This document shows, one piece after another, positions 1 to 10,500 of a stretch of DNA of 64,000 bases. Both the position numbers and the translations under genes were made by a program. The notes under the pieces are model-generated. The model was not told where the DNA came from. It saw nothing but the letters and a program-made list of their open reading frames with translations, and searched no databases. Numbering within the stretch: position 1 is the first letter of the stretch; every line of letters begins with the position of its first letter. The stretch is from Planctomycetota bacterium (GTDB lineage: Bacteria > Planctomycetota > UBA11346): positions 1-64,000 of the forward strand of contig JBBQSO010000017.1 of NCBI GenBank assembly GCA_038213805.1. Reading direction: 5' to 3'.

Positions 1-120
1 GATGGCTGATGGCTGATGGCTGATGGCTGATGGCTGATGGCTGATGGCTGATGGCTGATGGCTGATGGCTGATGGCTGATGGCTGATGGCTGATGGCTGA
101 TGGCTGATGGCTGATGGCTG
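1..120 (+). repeat. Heptamer tandem repeat (GATGGCT) x17, truncated by window edge
   Basis: Direct reading of perfect 7-nt period. Confidence 0.98.
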
Positions 121-151
121 AAAAAACCGGCGCTTCGCGCCGGTTTTTTTT
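121..151. terminator. Bidirectional intrinsic terminator
   Basis: A6-CCGGCGC-TTC-GCGCCGG-T8; A-tract and T-tract flank a GC stem; downstream of the minus-strand gene ending at 275. Confidence 0.85.
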
Positions 152-229
152 ATGAATTGCAGTTCCAAGCAGTCCCGTGGTTGGCTTTGCCGCTGATTGT
201 CCCGCCGACAACCATCTCGTCCTGCGCCG

Positions 230-269
230 TCAGCTATCAGCTATCAGCTATCAGCTATCAGCTATCAGC
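230..269 (-). repeat. Heptamer tandem repeat (TCAGCTA) x5.7; reads (TAGCTGA)n on minus strand
   Basis: Direct reading; inverted variant of the 1-120 repeat. Confidence 0.95.
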
Positions 270-274
270 CCGCT

Positions 275-1363
275 TCAAGGCGAAGCCTTGAGCGTCGTAT
301 GGATGTGCCCGCGGTTGTTCTCGTAATCGATCAGCACTTTCTCCGAGCCCAGCTTCCAGTCCCACTTGCCGCCATCAGCGCAGCGCTTGTCGGCGCTGCC
401 CCAGAAGGCCAGGCGCAGGCCGGCGTTGCCGCCCTGCGCGACCAGCAGCGCGCGCATGCGCCGCGCGATGCTCGGCGCGAAGAAGGCGAGGCGCTGCTCG
501 ACCACCTCGTCGACCTTGGCCTGCGCGGCGGCGCTCAGCCCACCGACCAACGCGCCGGAGCCGGCGATGGGTGCGCCGCTGTCGGCCTTGCCGACCAGGC
601 AGACCTTGGCGCGATCGTCGGGACTGAGTGTGCTGTAGAGGGCGATGAGGCGGTCCTCCCAAGCCTCGAAGCCGACCGGCGGGTTGGTGCCGAGCAGCAC
701 CGGGCCGACCGTGGTGGGCTGGCCATCGTCGCGCTCGCTGTCGACCAGGGTGAGGTGCTGCTCGGAGACCCGCCAGCTCCATGGCCCGCTGGCGCTGGGG
801 GGATCCATGAAGGCCAGCAGATAGTGGCCGAGACCGTCGGCGCCAGCCTGCGAAGCGATCTGCTCGCACAGACCGAGACCGGATGGCGAGGTGAAATCGT
901 CGATCAGTGCGTGCACCAGCCCCTGCTGGCGGCCATCAAGGTCGCGGATCGGCAGGCCCGAGCGCGGCCCGCGCTCATCACCGCGTGGCGCGTCGTCACC
1001 GGCGACCATGGCGCGGGCGCGCTGCGCCGGCGATAGCGAAGCGAACAGCTCTTGGGCGGTTTCCAGAACGGTGGGTACGTGCGGCGCGGTTGGCGGAGCC
1101 GGGTGGACGCGCGGCGCGCTCGGAATGGTGGCCACCGGCGCTGGACGCGAGACCGGCACCGGCACCGGCAGGGGTGCGGGCGGCGGCACCACCAGTGCCG
1201 GTGCCGAACGGGGCGGCTCGGGGGCGGCGATCACGGCGACCGGCGCCGGTGCCGGTGCGATGACCGCCGGTACCGGATGGGCCTGCGGCTCCTGGCGCTG
1301 GCCACGGGTGGCGCAGGCGGTCAGGGCGCAGGCGCAGAGGCCGACCTGGGCAAGGAGTCTCAT
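275..1363 (-). CDS. DUF3500-like putative lipoprotein with Pro/Ala-rich linker
   Basis: Start MRLLAQVG with lipobox-like LTAC; motifs LFASLSPAQRARA, GLPIRDL, PWSWRVSEQHLTL, LIDYENNRGHIHT; longer ORF overlaps tRNA so trimmed. Confidence 0.7.
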   Translation of the reverse strand: MRLLAQVGLCACALTACATRGQRQEPQAHPVPAVIAPAPAPVAVIAAPEPPRSAPALVVPPPAPLPVPVPVSRPAPVATIPSAPRVHPAPPTAPHVPTVLETAQELFASLSPAQRARAMVAGDDAPRGDERGPRSGLPIRDLDGRQQGLVHALIDDFTSPSGLGLCEQIASQAGADGLGHYLLAFMDPPSASGPWSWRVSEQHLTLVDSERDDGQPTTVGPVLLGTNPPVGFEAWEDRLIALYSTLSPDDRAKVCLVGKADSGAPIAGSGALVGGLSAAAQAKVDEVVEQRLAFFAPSIARRMRALLVAQGGNAGLRLAFWGSADKRCADGGKWDWKLGSEKVLIDYENNRGHIHTTLKASP

Positions 1364-1490
1364 GGCGCTGTCCGCACGCGTGGCTATGGTCTCGGTCCGC
1401 CGCGCTCCGCAACGCCGGACGTCGACCCGGGGTGGGGCGGGCCCCCCGCCTGCGCCACCGGTCGGCGCACGGAAGCCCCGGAGGGAAGGC

Positions 1491-1518
1491 TTGACACCCT
1501 GGGGGTGCGGCCTAGCCT
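1491..1518 (+). promoter_or_regulatory. Sigma70-type promoter of tRNA-tuf operon
   Basis: TTGACA-N16-TAGCCT ~75 nt upstream of first tRNA. Confidence 0.7.
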
Positions 1519-1594
1519 CTCCGTCCCTTTCCTGTAGGGGCGAAGGTTTCGCCGCCTTCGCGGTAGCGTGTCCTGCGGCATCGGCCGGTGACCC

Positions 1595-1670
1595 GCCTCC
1601 GTAGCTCAGCTGGTAGAGCAACGGTTTTGTAAACCGTAGGTCGCCGGTTCGAGACCGGCCGGTGGCTCCA
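1595..1670 (+). tRNA. tRNA-Thr(UGU)
   Basis: Cloverleaf, anticodon arm ACGGT-TT-TGT-AA-ACCGT, T-loop TTCGAGA, encoded CCA. Confidence 0.96.
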
Positions 1671-1762
1671 TCCGCTCGGTTTCGTTTCGGTTCGTGTTTC
1701 TGCTTCTGTTTCGGCTTCGCGCTCTTTGGCATCCGGTCGTGGTATTTTGAAATCGGGCATGC

Positions 1763-1848
1763 GGGTAGATACCGAAGTGGCCAAACGGGGCAGACTGTAA
1801 ATCTGCTGGCTCACGCCTTCGAAGGTTCGAATCCTTCTCTGCCCACCA
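1763..1848 (+). tRNA. tRNA-Tyr(GUA)
   Basis: GCAGA-CT-GTA-AA-TCTGC, long variable arm, TTCGAAT, CCA. Confidence 0.97.
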
Positions 1849-1863
1849 TCACGCCACTCCCAT

Positions 1864-1934
1864 GCGGGTGTAGCTCAATGGTAGAGCGACAGCCTTCCAA
1901 GCTGACGACGAGGGTTCGATTCCCTTCACCCGCT
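1864..1934 (+). tRNA. tRNA-Gly(UCC)
   Basis: GCGGGTG/CACCCGC acceptor, CT-TCC-AA loop, TTCGATT; CCA not encoded. Confidence 0.95.
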
Positions 1935-1984
1935 TCGCGAGTTCCACGACCACCTGCCCCACAACCTGCGTTTCGCCTTCGGTT

Positions 1985-2060
1985 GCTGCCTTAGCTCAGC
2001 TGGTAGAGCACGTCCTTGGTAAGGACGAGGTCTTGGGTTCGAATCCCAAAGGTAGCTCCA
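1985..2060 (+). tRNA. tRNA-Thr(GGU)
   Basis: CGTCC-TT-GGT-AA-GGACG, TTCGAAT, CCA. Confidence 0.97.
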
Positions 2061-2125
2061 TATCCCGGTCCCCGTCTTCACCCTCATCAGGTCGCGCTCG
2101 CGGCCACCAGTCCCAGGAGCCTGAC

Positions 2126-3328
<1,203 letters not shown>

Positions 3329-3450
3329 ACACCATGGATCCGGACGCCGCGCGTCCGGATCCAGCATGCGCAGGACGGCTTCGAGCTTCGTGCCGCGGAT
3401 GGCTACATCCGCAGTGCGAAGCTCGCGGCGTCAAGCCAAGGAGATGACCA

Positions 3451-3612
3451 ATGGCCAAAGAGAAACGCGAACACGTGATGCTGGTGTGCTCCGAAAGCGG
3501 AGACATCAACTATTACACCAGCCGCTCCAAGACCTCGACCAAGCTCGAGCTCAAGAAGTACAATCCGCAGCTGCGCAAGCACACGCTGCACAAAGAGAAG
3601 AAGCGCAAGTAA
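3451..3612 (+). CDS. rpmG: 50S ribosomal protein L33 (53 aa, not in ORF track)
   Basis: Translated by hand: [61 protein letters not shown]; canonical position; lacks the four Zn-binding Cys. Confidence 0.95.
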   Translation: MAKEKREHVMLVCSESGDINYYTSRSKTSTKLELKKYNPQLRKHTLHKEKKRK

Positions 3613-3625
3613 CCAGATCGGCCTC

Positions 3626-3698
3626 GCTGATGGCTGATGGCTGATGGCTGATGGCGACCGGAATCCGGGCCATCAGCCATCAGCCATCGGCCATCGGC
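3626..3698 (+). repeat. Inverted heptamer arrays (GCTGATG)x4 ... (CCATCRG)x4 forming a hairpin
   Basis: Direct reading; same unit as 1-120. Confidence 0.9.
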
Positions 3699-3714
3699 CG
3701 GGGCAATCCCGCAT

Positions 3715-3790
3715 ACGGGGGTAGCTCAGCTGGTAGAGCAGCGGATTCCAAATCCGCCGGTCGGGGGTTCAAATCCCTCCTCCCGTGCCA
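3715..3790 (+). tRNA. tRNA-Trp(CCA)
   Basis: GCGGA-TT-CCA-AA-TCCGC, TTCAAAT, CCA end; canonical position before secE. Confidence 0.97.
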
Positions 3791-3829
3791 TTCTTCCGTC
3801 TTCTCCGGCCCACCTTTCCTGGAATCACG

Positions 3830-4243
3830 ATGTACAAATGGCCGCAAGGGCGGGTGATCCGCACCGCCTGCCTGGTGCTCACGCTGCTGATCGCGCTCGA
3901 TCTGGCCTACAACGGCGCCTACGGCCCGTTCAGCTTCTATTTCGAGGGCAAGGAGGGCGCCGGCAAGCAGCTCGCGCTCGGCATCTTCTTCGCCGTGGTT
4001 GCGGTCTCGGCACTGCTCGCCGGCCTGGTCGCCATCGGCTTCCATCGCCGCGCCGTCGACTTCCTCATCGAAGTCGAGCAGGAGATGGTCAACGTCGAGT
4101 GGCCCAAGCCCAACGCGTTGGTGAAGAGCACCATCATCATCGCCATCGCCATCGTCATCCTCGGCTTCCTGATCTTCGGCGTCGACTTCATCAACATCAG
4201 GCTGCTCGGCTGGGTGCAGAGCAGCTTCGGGAGACCCATGTAA
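3830..4243 (+). CDS. secE: Preprotein translocase subunit SecE (three-TM type)
   Basis: DFLIEVEQEMVNVEWP motif followed by TM helix; position between tRNA-Trp and nusG. Confidence 0.92.
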   Translation: MYKWPQGRVIRTACLVLTLLIALDLAYNGAYGPFSFYFEGKEGAGKQLALGIFFAVVAVSALLAGLVAIGFHRRAVDFLIEVEQEMVNVEWPKPNALVKSTIIIAIAIVILGFLIFGVDFINIRLLGWVQSSFGRPM

Positions 4244-4791
4244 TGGCCAAACGCTGGTATGTGATCAAGGCCGTCTCCGGACGCGAGAGCTCGATCAAGG
4301 AACTCATCCTCGGCCAGCTGCGCGCCAAGCACCTCACCGACCACGTCGGCGAGCTGCTGATCCCGGCCGAGCGCATCACCGAGGTGAAGCGCGGCAAGAA
4401 GGTCTCGACCGAGCGCAAGCTGTACCCCGGCTACATCTATATCGAGATGGAGCTCAAGCAGCCCATCCTTGACGTGGTCAACGAGGTCGACGGCGTCACC
4501 GGCTTCCTCGGCGCCGACTCGCGCAACCCGGATCCGCTCAGCGTCGCCGAGGCCGAGCAGATCATCAAGGTCGCCAAGGCCCAATCGCCCGAGGAGCAGC
4601 GCCAGGCGCTGGTCCAAATCCCCTTCAACCTCGACGATCGCGTCAAGGTCAAGGAGGGCACCTTCGCCGGCATGGAGGGTGTGGTCGCCGAGATCAACCC
4701 GCAGAAGGGCGAAATGCGCGTCATGATCACCGTCTTCGGTCGCCAGACCCCGGTATGGCTCGAAGTCTGGCAGGCAGAAGCCGCAGTCTGA
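4243..4791 (+). CDS. nusG: Transcription termination/antitermination factor NusG
   Basis: WYVIKAVSGRE, ERKLYPGYI, KOW motif VKVKEGTFAG, VFGRQTPV; TAATG overlap with secE. Confidence 0.97.
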   Translation: MAKRWYVIKAVSGRESSIKELILGQLRAKHLTDHVGELLIPAERITEVKRGKKVSTERKLYPGYIYIEMELKQPILDVVNEVDGVTGFLGADSRNPDPLSVAEAEQIIKVAKAQSPEEQRQALVQIPFNLDDRVKVKEGTFAGMEGVVAEINPQKGEMRVMITVFGRQTPVWLEVWQAEAAV

Positions 4792-4967
4792 CAATATCTT
4801 AGGCTATCGGACCGAGCCCTGCCACAAAACCGGCGGAGCCTTCGGGGAGGGGCTCTCCGCTCAGTGCGAAGAAATCCTCTTTCCTTTTTACGGCGGGCCA
4901 CATACTCCGCGCCCCGCTTTTCATTCCCTCATCCGTCCGTCGGGGCGGAACTGCAATCGAGTCGCTC

Positions 4968-5402
4968 ATGGCCAAGGTCAAAGAAATCGTCGCTGAAATC
5001 AAGCTGGTGATCCCCGGCGGCGGCGCGACCCCCGCGCCCCCGGTCGGTCCCGCGCTCGGCGCCAAGGGCGTCAACATCGGCGCTTTCGTCAAGCAGTTCA
5101 ACGACGCCACCGCCGCCCTCAAGGGCGAGACCATCCCGGTGGTGATCACGGTCTTCAAAGACAAGACCTTCACCTTCGTCCTCAAGCAGCCCCCGGTCAG
5201 CGCCCAGGTGCGCAAGGCCGCCGGCATTGAGAAGGGCGCCACCTCGCCCAATCCGGTCGCCGACGCCGGCAAGATCACCAAGGCCCAGGTCCGCGCGATC
5301 GCCGAGAAGAAGATCGCGGAGATGACCGCGGGCTCGATCGAAGCGGCGATGAAGACCGTGGCCGGCACCGCCCGCTCAATGGGCGTCAAAGTCGTCGACT
5401 GA
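4968..5402 (+). CDS. rplK: 50S ribosomal protein L11
   Basis: ATPAPPVGPALG, GTARSMGV. Confidence 0.99.
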   Translation: MAKVKEIVAEIKLVIPGGGATPAPPVGPALGAKGVNIGAFVKQFNDATAALKGETIPVVITVFKDKTFTFVLKQPPVSAQVRKAAGIEKGATSPNPVADAGKITKAQVRAIAEKKIAEMTAGSIEAAMKTVAGTARSMGVKVVD

Positions 5403-5435
5403 ACCTCTAGGCTCTTTCCTTTCACCCTCACGCAC

Positions 5436-5492
5436 GTGGGAGACGCTGGCCGGAAGGCCGACCCGGCAAAGCCGGGGAGCGTCGCAGACCAC
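5436..5492 (+). promoter_or_regulatory. Putative L1-binding autoregulatory mRNA structure before rplA
   Basis: GTGG-GA-GACGCT...AGCGTC-GCAGA-CCAC: two helices with an asymmetric internal loop resembling known L1 operators; apex holds two hairpins. Confidence 0.65.
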
Positions 5493-5505
5493 CAGAAGGA
5501 ACATC

Positions 5506-6210
5506 ATGCGTTTCCGCAGCAAACGTTACCGCGCCCTCGTCACCAGCGCCGGTATCGACTTCGAGGCGGCCCACCCGGTCCCCGCCGCGGTCGGCACTGT
5601 CAAGAAGCTGGCCAAGGCCAAGTTCACCGAGTCGATCGATCTCTCGGTGCACCTCAATCTCGACACCAAGAAGGCCGACCAGCAGTTCCGCGGCAGCTTC
5701 TCGCTGCCGCACGGAACCGGTCGCGACGTGCGCGTCATCGCCTTCGTCGATGATGGCGACAAGATCAAGGCTTCGCTCGACAACGGCGCCATCAAGGCCG
5801 GCGGCGAGGACCTCGTCAACGAGGTGCTCGGCGGCTTCATGGACTTCGACATCGCCATCGCGACGCCGAAGATGATGCGCTTGGTCGGCAAGCTCGGCAA
5901 GGTGCTCGGCCCGCGCGGCCTGATGCCCTCGCCGAAGGCCGGCAGCGTCACTGACGACGTCGCCAAGGCGGTCAGCGAATTCAAGGGCGGCAAGATCGAG
6001 TACCGCGCCGACGCCGCGGGCAACGTCCAGATCCGCGTGGGTACCGTGAAGTTCGAAGAGGCCAAGCTGGCCGAGAATATCACCTCGTTCCTGCGCCACG
6101 TCGGTGAGCACCGCCCCTCGTCGGTGAAGGGCGAATTCGTGCGCAACATCTCGCTGTCGTCCACGATGGGACCCGGCGTGAAGGTCTCCTACACCGGTAA
6201 AGAGAGCTGA
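5506..6210 (+). CDS. rplA: 50S ribosomal protein L1
   Basis: KFTESID, LPHGTG, LGPRGLMPSPK, SSTMGPG. Confidence 0.99.
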   Translation: MRFRSKRYRALVTSAGIDFEAAHPVPAAVGTVKKLAKAKFTESIDLSVHLNLDTKKADQQFRGSFSLPHGTGRDVRVIAFVDDGDKIKASLDNGAIKAGGEDLVNEVLGGFMDFDIAIATPKMMRLVGKLGKVLGPRGLMPSPKAGSVTDDVAKAVSEFKGGKIEYRADAAGNVQIRVGTVKFEEAKLAENITSFLRHVGEHRPSSVKGEFVRNISLSSTMGPGVKVSYTGKES

Positions 6211-6218
6211 GGCCCACC

Positions 6219-6758
6219 ATGCCGAACTTCATCAACGAGCTCATGCTCAGCGAAGTCCAGGTCCTGGTCGACGCCAGCCCCGCCTTCATCATCGTCGACT
6301 CGTCCAAGCTCAAGAGCCACGAGACCCTCAAGCTGCGCAAGGACCTGCGCGGCGTCGGCGCGAAGATGAAGGTGGCCAAGGTCGCCATCATCAAGCGCGC
6401 CATCCTGCCCGAGGCGGCCAAGCTCATCACCGGCACCTGCTCGATCGGCTTGGTCGCGGCCACCGACATGGTCGCCGCCGCCAAGATCCTCGAGGATCTG
6501 GCCAAGGACGACAAGGTCTCGGTCAAGGGCGGCGTCATGGACGGCCAGTCCATCGACAAGGCCGTGGTCGCGCGCCTCGCCGGCCTGCCCAGCAAGCAGC
6601 AGCTGCGCGGCATGCTCGTCAATGTCCTCGCGGCGCCGCTCGTCGGCTTCGCGCGCGTCATCGCCGAAATCGCCAAGAAAAAGGGCGGGGCTACCGAAGC
6701 ACCCGCAGCTACGGAAGCTGCTGAAGCTCCCGCGGCTCCCGAAGCCCCTCCGGCCTGA
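6219..6758 (+). CDS. rplJ: 50S ribosomal protein L10
   Basis: LRKDLR..KVAK, VKGGVMDG, LAGLPSKQQL; position. Confidence 0.96.
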   Translation: MPNFINELMLSEVQVLVDASPAFIIVDSSKLKSHETLKLRKDLRGVGAKMKVAKVAIIKRAILPEAAKLITGTCSIGLVAATDMVAAAKILEDLAKDDKVSVKGGVMDGQSIDKAVVARLAGLPSKQQLRGMLVNVLAAPLVGFARVIAEIAKKKGGATEAPAATEAAEAPAAPEAPPA

Positions 6759-6839
6759 AACACCCCTCAAACCACCGGCTGACCGCGGCGCTCATCTGCC
6801 GCTGATCAACCTCCCATCCGCTTTCCAAAGGAACATCCC

Positions 6840-7223
6840 ATGTCCGACAAGCTGGCCCAGGTCATCGAGACCGTCAAGTCCCTCACCGTCATCGAGCTCG
6901 CCGACCTGGTGCACGCGCTCGAGAAGGAATTCGGCGTCAGCGCCGCGGCCGTCGCCGTCGCCGGCAACAGCGGTCCCGCCGCCCCGGTCGCCGAGGCCGA
7001 GCCCACCACCTTCAAGGTGACCCTCGTCGAGTATCCGGCCGACAAGAAGATCCAGGCCATCAAGCTCATCCGCGAAGTCCTCGGCCTCGGCCTCGCCGAC
7101 GCCAAGGCCTTCGTCGAGGGTGCGCCCAAGATGGTCAAGGACGGCCTCGAGAAGCCGGCCGCCGACGAGCTGGCCAAGAAGATCACCGATGCCGGTGCCA
7201 AGGCCAAGATCGAAGGCGCGTGA
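6840..7223 (+). CDS. rplL: 50S ribosomal protein L7/L12
   Basis: LTVIELADLV..EFGVSAAA, KIQAIK..GLGLADAKAFVEGAP. Confidence 0.98.
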   Translation: MSDKLAQVIETVKSLTVIELADLVHALEKEFGVSAAAVAVAGNSGPAAPVAEAEPTTFKVTLVEYPADKKIQAIKLIREVLGLGLADAKAFVEGAPKMVKDGLEKPAADELAKKITDAGAKAKIEGA

Positions 7224-7335
7224 GCGGAACCTTCCGCAAACTCGCCTCTGTTCGCAAGTCCCTGTCCCGTCGTCAGTTGAAAGACTGCCGGCGGTCCGAG
7301 GGGAAGTTCCCAGCCAGATGTTCTGGCTGGGATGC

Positions 7336-7363
7336 TTGCCCTAGGCCCTAAACTCGCTAACGT
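7336..7363 (+). promoter_or_regulatory. Putative sigma70 promoter for rpoBC
   Basis: TTGCCC-N16-TAACGT in rplL-rpoB spacer. Confidence 0.5.
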
Positions 7364-7519
7364 CCCAACCCCTTTCAGCCTCGCCGTGCACTGTCACGGC
7401 CGCCGACTCGGCGCTGTCTCCTGGATGCGTCCAGGCAGTGCGGAGTCCAGGCGGCGGACACCCGGGTCGAGCGCGTCAGGGGTTGTGCTGTCCAGCTGTA
7501 CGCTTCTTCGGGAGGTTCC

Positions 7520-10500
7520 ATGCAGATCCGCTCCTTCGGCAACACCAAGGAAGTCATCCCCGTCCCCAGCTTGGTGAATCTCCAGTCGAAGAGCTACGAC
7601 GACTTCCTCGACACCGAGGCGGCCCCCGATGTGCGGAACAAGGTCAAGGGCCTGGAGGCGATCTTCCAGGAATTCTTCCCGGTCACCGGCTACGATGACC
7701 AGGTGGTGGTCAGCTACCACGGCTACCTGTTCACCCCGCCGCAGCACAACATCGACGAGTGCCGCGACCTGGGCCTCACCTACCAGCGCGGCCTGAAGCT
7801 GAAGATCCGCGTCAGTGGCCAGAACCACCCGACCTTCAAGGACGTCCTAGAAGAAGACGTCCACATCGGCTACTTCCCCATCCGCATCGGCGGCGGTGAG
7901 TTCATCATCAACGGTGCCGAGCGCACCATCGTCACCCAGATCCAGCGCTCGCCGGGCGTCGACTTCTCAAGCGAGACCGGCGCCAGCGGCCGCCGCAACT
8001 ACTCCTGCCGCATCATTCCTGAGCGCGGTTCCTGGATCCAGGTCGAGCAGACCTCCAAGGACATCCTCCAGGTCAAGATCGACAAGAGCGCCAAGGTCGT
8101 CGCGACCTGCTTCCTGCGCGCCCTCAACAAGGATTTCGGCACCACCGCCGCGATCATCAAGCACTTCTTCAAGACCGACACCGTCTCGCTGGCCGCCAAG
8201 GGCGCCAAGGAGAAGGCCGTCGGCCGCATCCTCGCCGACGACGTCTTCGACAAGGAGTCGGGCGAGGCCCTCGCCAAGGCGTGCGAGGAACTGAGCGAAA
8301 ACAGCTTCGAGAACCTCAAGGGGCTCGGCGTCGAGAACGTCCAGCTGATCATCGCCGGCACCAAGCCCGACGACATCCTGCTCAACACTCTGCGTGAGGA
8401 CGAGGCGTCGAGTCACGACGAGGCGCTGCTGCGCATCTACCGTCGCCTGCGCCCCGGCAACCCCACCGACGAGCAGAAGGTCCGCGAGTTCTTCCAGGAC
8501 CGCTTCCTGAACGAGCAGCGCTACAACCTCGGCGCGGTCGGCCGCTTCCGTATCAACCGCAAGCTCAAGGGCTCGGCCGAGGGCCGCGTGCTCGCGGTCG
8601 ACGACTACCTGCGTGCGCTTGAGTATCTGCTCACCCTGATCCGCTCGAACAGCTCGGCCGGCGAGACCGACGACATCGACCATCTCGGCAACCGCCGCGT
8701 GCGCCCGATCGCCGACCTGCTCAGCGACGAGCTGCGCGCCGCCATGCTCAAGCTGCGCCGCGCGGTCAAGGAGAAGCTCTCCCGCGACCTCCAGGCCGAG
8801 GACCTCGCCCAGGCGCTCGCACCCCGCAACCTGTTCAACAACCAGGCCGTCGACAGCGCGGTGCAGAACTTCTTCCAGCGCGGCGAGCTCTCGCAGGTGG
8901 TCGATCAGTCGAACCTGCTCAGCCAGCTGACCCACGAGCGCCGCCTGTCCGCCCTCGGACCGGGCGGGTTGAACCGCAAGCGCGCCGGCTTCGAGGTGCG
9001 TGACGTGCACACCTCGCACTACGGCCGCATCTGTCCGATCGAGACCCCCGAAGGCGCCAACATCGGCCTGATCGTCTCGCTCGCCATCTACTCCGCAGTC
9101 AACGAGTACGGCTTCCTGGTCACGCCCTACCGCAAGGTCACCAAGGGCAAGGTCAGCGACGAGATCGTCTACCTCATGGCCGACGAAGAGGCCGAGGCGA
9201 AGATCGCCCAGGCGACCGTCGACCTCGACAAGAACGGCAAGATCATCCAGGAGATCTGCCAGGTACGGTTCGCCGGCCAGTTCACCGAAATCCCCACGGA
9301 AGAGGTGACCTACGCCGACGTCAGCCCGAAGCAGATGATCGGCGTGTCCGCCGCGCTCATCCCCTTCCTTGAGCACGACGACGCCAACCGCGCGCTGATG
9401 GGCGCCAACATGATGCGCCAGGCGGTGCCGCTGCTCATCAATGAGGCGCCGCGCATCGCCACCGGCATGGAGATCGATATCCCGCGCTCGTCGTCGATGG
9501 TGGTCATCGCCAGCGAGGACGGCGAGGTCACCTCGGTCGACGCCAAGCACATCACCGTCGCGGGTCACCGCTACGAGATGCGCAAGTTCCACGGCCTCAA
9601 CGAGCGCACCTGCCTCAACCAGACCCCGATCGTCAACCTCGGCGACAAGGTCGCCAAGGGCCAGATCATCGCCGACGGCGGCGGCACCGACAACGGTCAG
9701 CTCGCCCTCGGCAAGAACATCCTCGTCGCGTTCATGCCGTACGACGGCTACAACTTCGAGGACGCGATCGTGGTCAACGAGCGCCTGCTCGCCGAAGACC
9801 GCTTCACCTCGATCCACATCGAGGAATTCAAGGTCGAGATCCGCGAGACCAAGCTCGGCAAGGAGGAGTTCACCCGCGAGATCCCCGGCCGCAGCGAGGA
9901 ATCCCTGCGCAACCTCGACGAACGCGGCTTCGTGCGCGTCGGCACCTCGGTGCGCCCGGGCGACGTGCTGGTCGGCAAGGTCACTCCGAAGAACAAGTCC
10001 GAGCTCTCTCCTGAAGAGAAATTGCTGCACGCGATCTTCGGCCGCGCCGGCGAAGACGTGCGCGACGACTCGATGGTGATGAAGCCCGGCATCCGCGGCG
10101 TCGTCACCGCGGTCAAGCGCTTCCAGCGCCGCGCCGCGCTGACCGAGAAGGACCGCAAGGAGGAGGCGGCCCGCATCAAGATCATCGAAGACCGCTTCAC
10201 CAAGCAGATGGCCGACATCGCGCGTGAGAAGTTCAACCAGATCTGGGAGGTCTCGGGCGCCAACGTCGTCAACATCGAGACCGGCGAGGTCGTCGAGTAC
10301 AGCGCCGGGATGACCGACGACGAGGTGCTAAAGCTGCACCGTGAGCTGCCGGTGACGGCGCTCAACTTCGTCGGTTCGAAGCGCCGCCGCGCGCGCGCCA
10401 TCTACGACGAGAGCGACCCCAAGATCGACGAGATCAAGGCCGCCTGCGAGAAGGAGATCGTCAACGCCAAGCGCGGCGACGACCTGCCCACCGGCGTGCT

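Noticed and set aside
1..270. Possible CRISPR array
   Set aside because: Contiguous 7-mers with no spacers; no cas genes in the window
197..1036. ORF with SAISYQL repeats
   Set aside because: Translation of the heptamer repeat plus the antisense of the DUF3500-like gene
1364..1732. N-terminal extension of the first minus-strand ORF
   Set aside because: Runs antisense through tRNA-Thr and its promoter; the signal peptide starts at 1363
6685..6758. Ala/Glu/Pro repeat tail on L10 as extra L12-binding segments
   Set aside because: Pro-rich low-complexity tail is unlikely to extend the L12-binding helix
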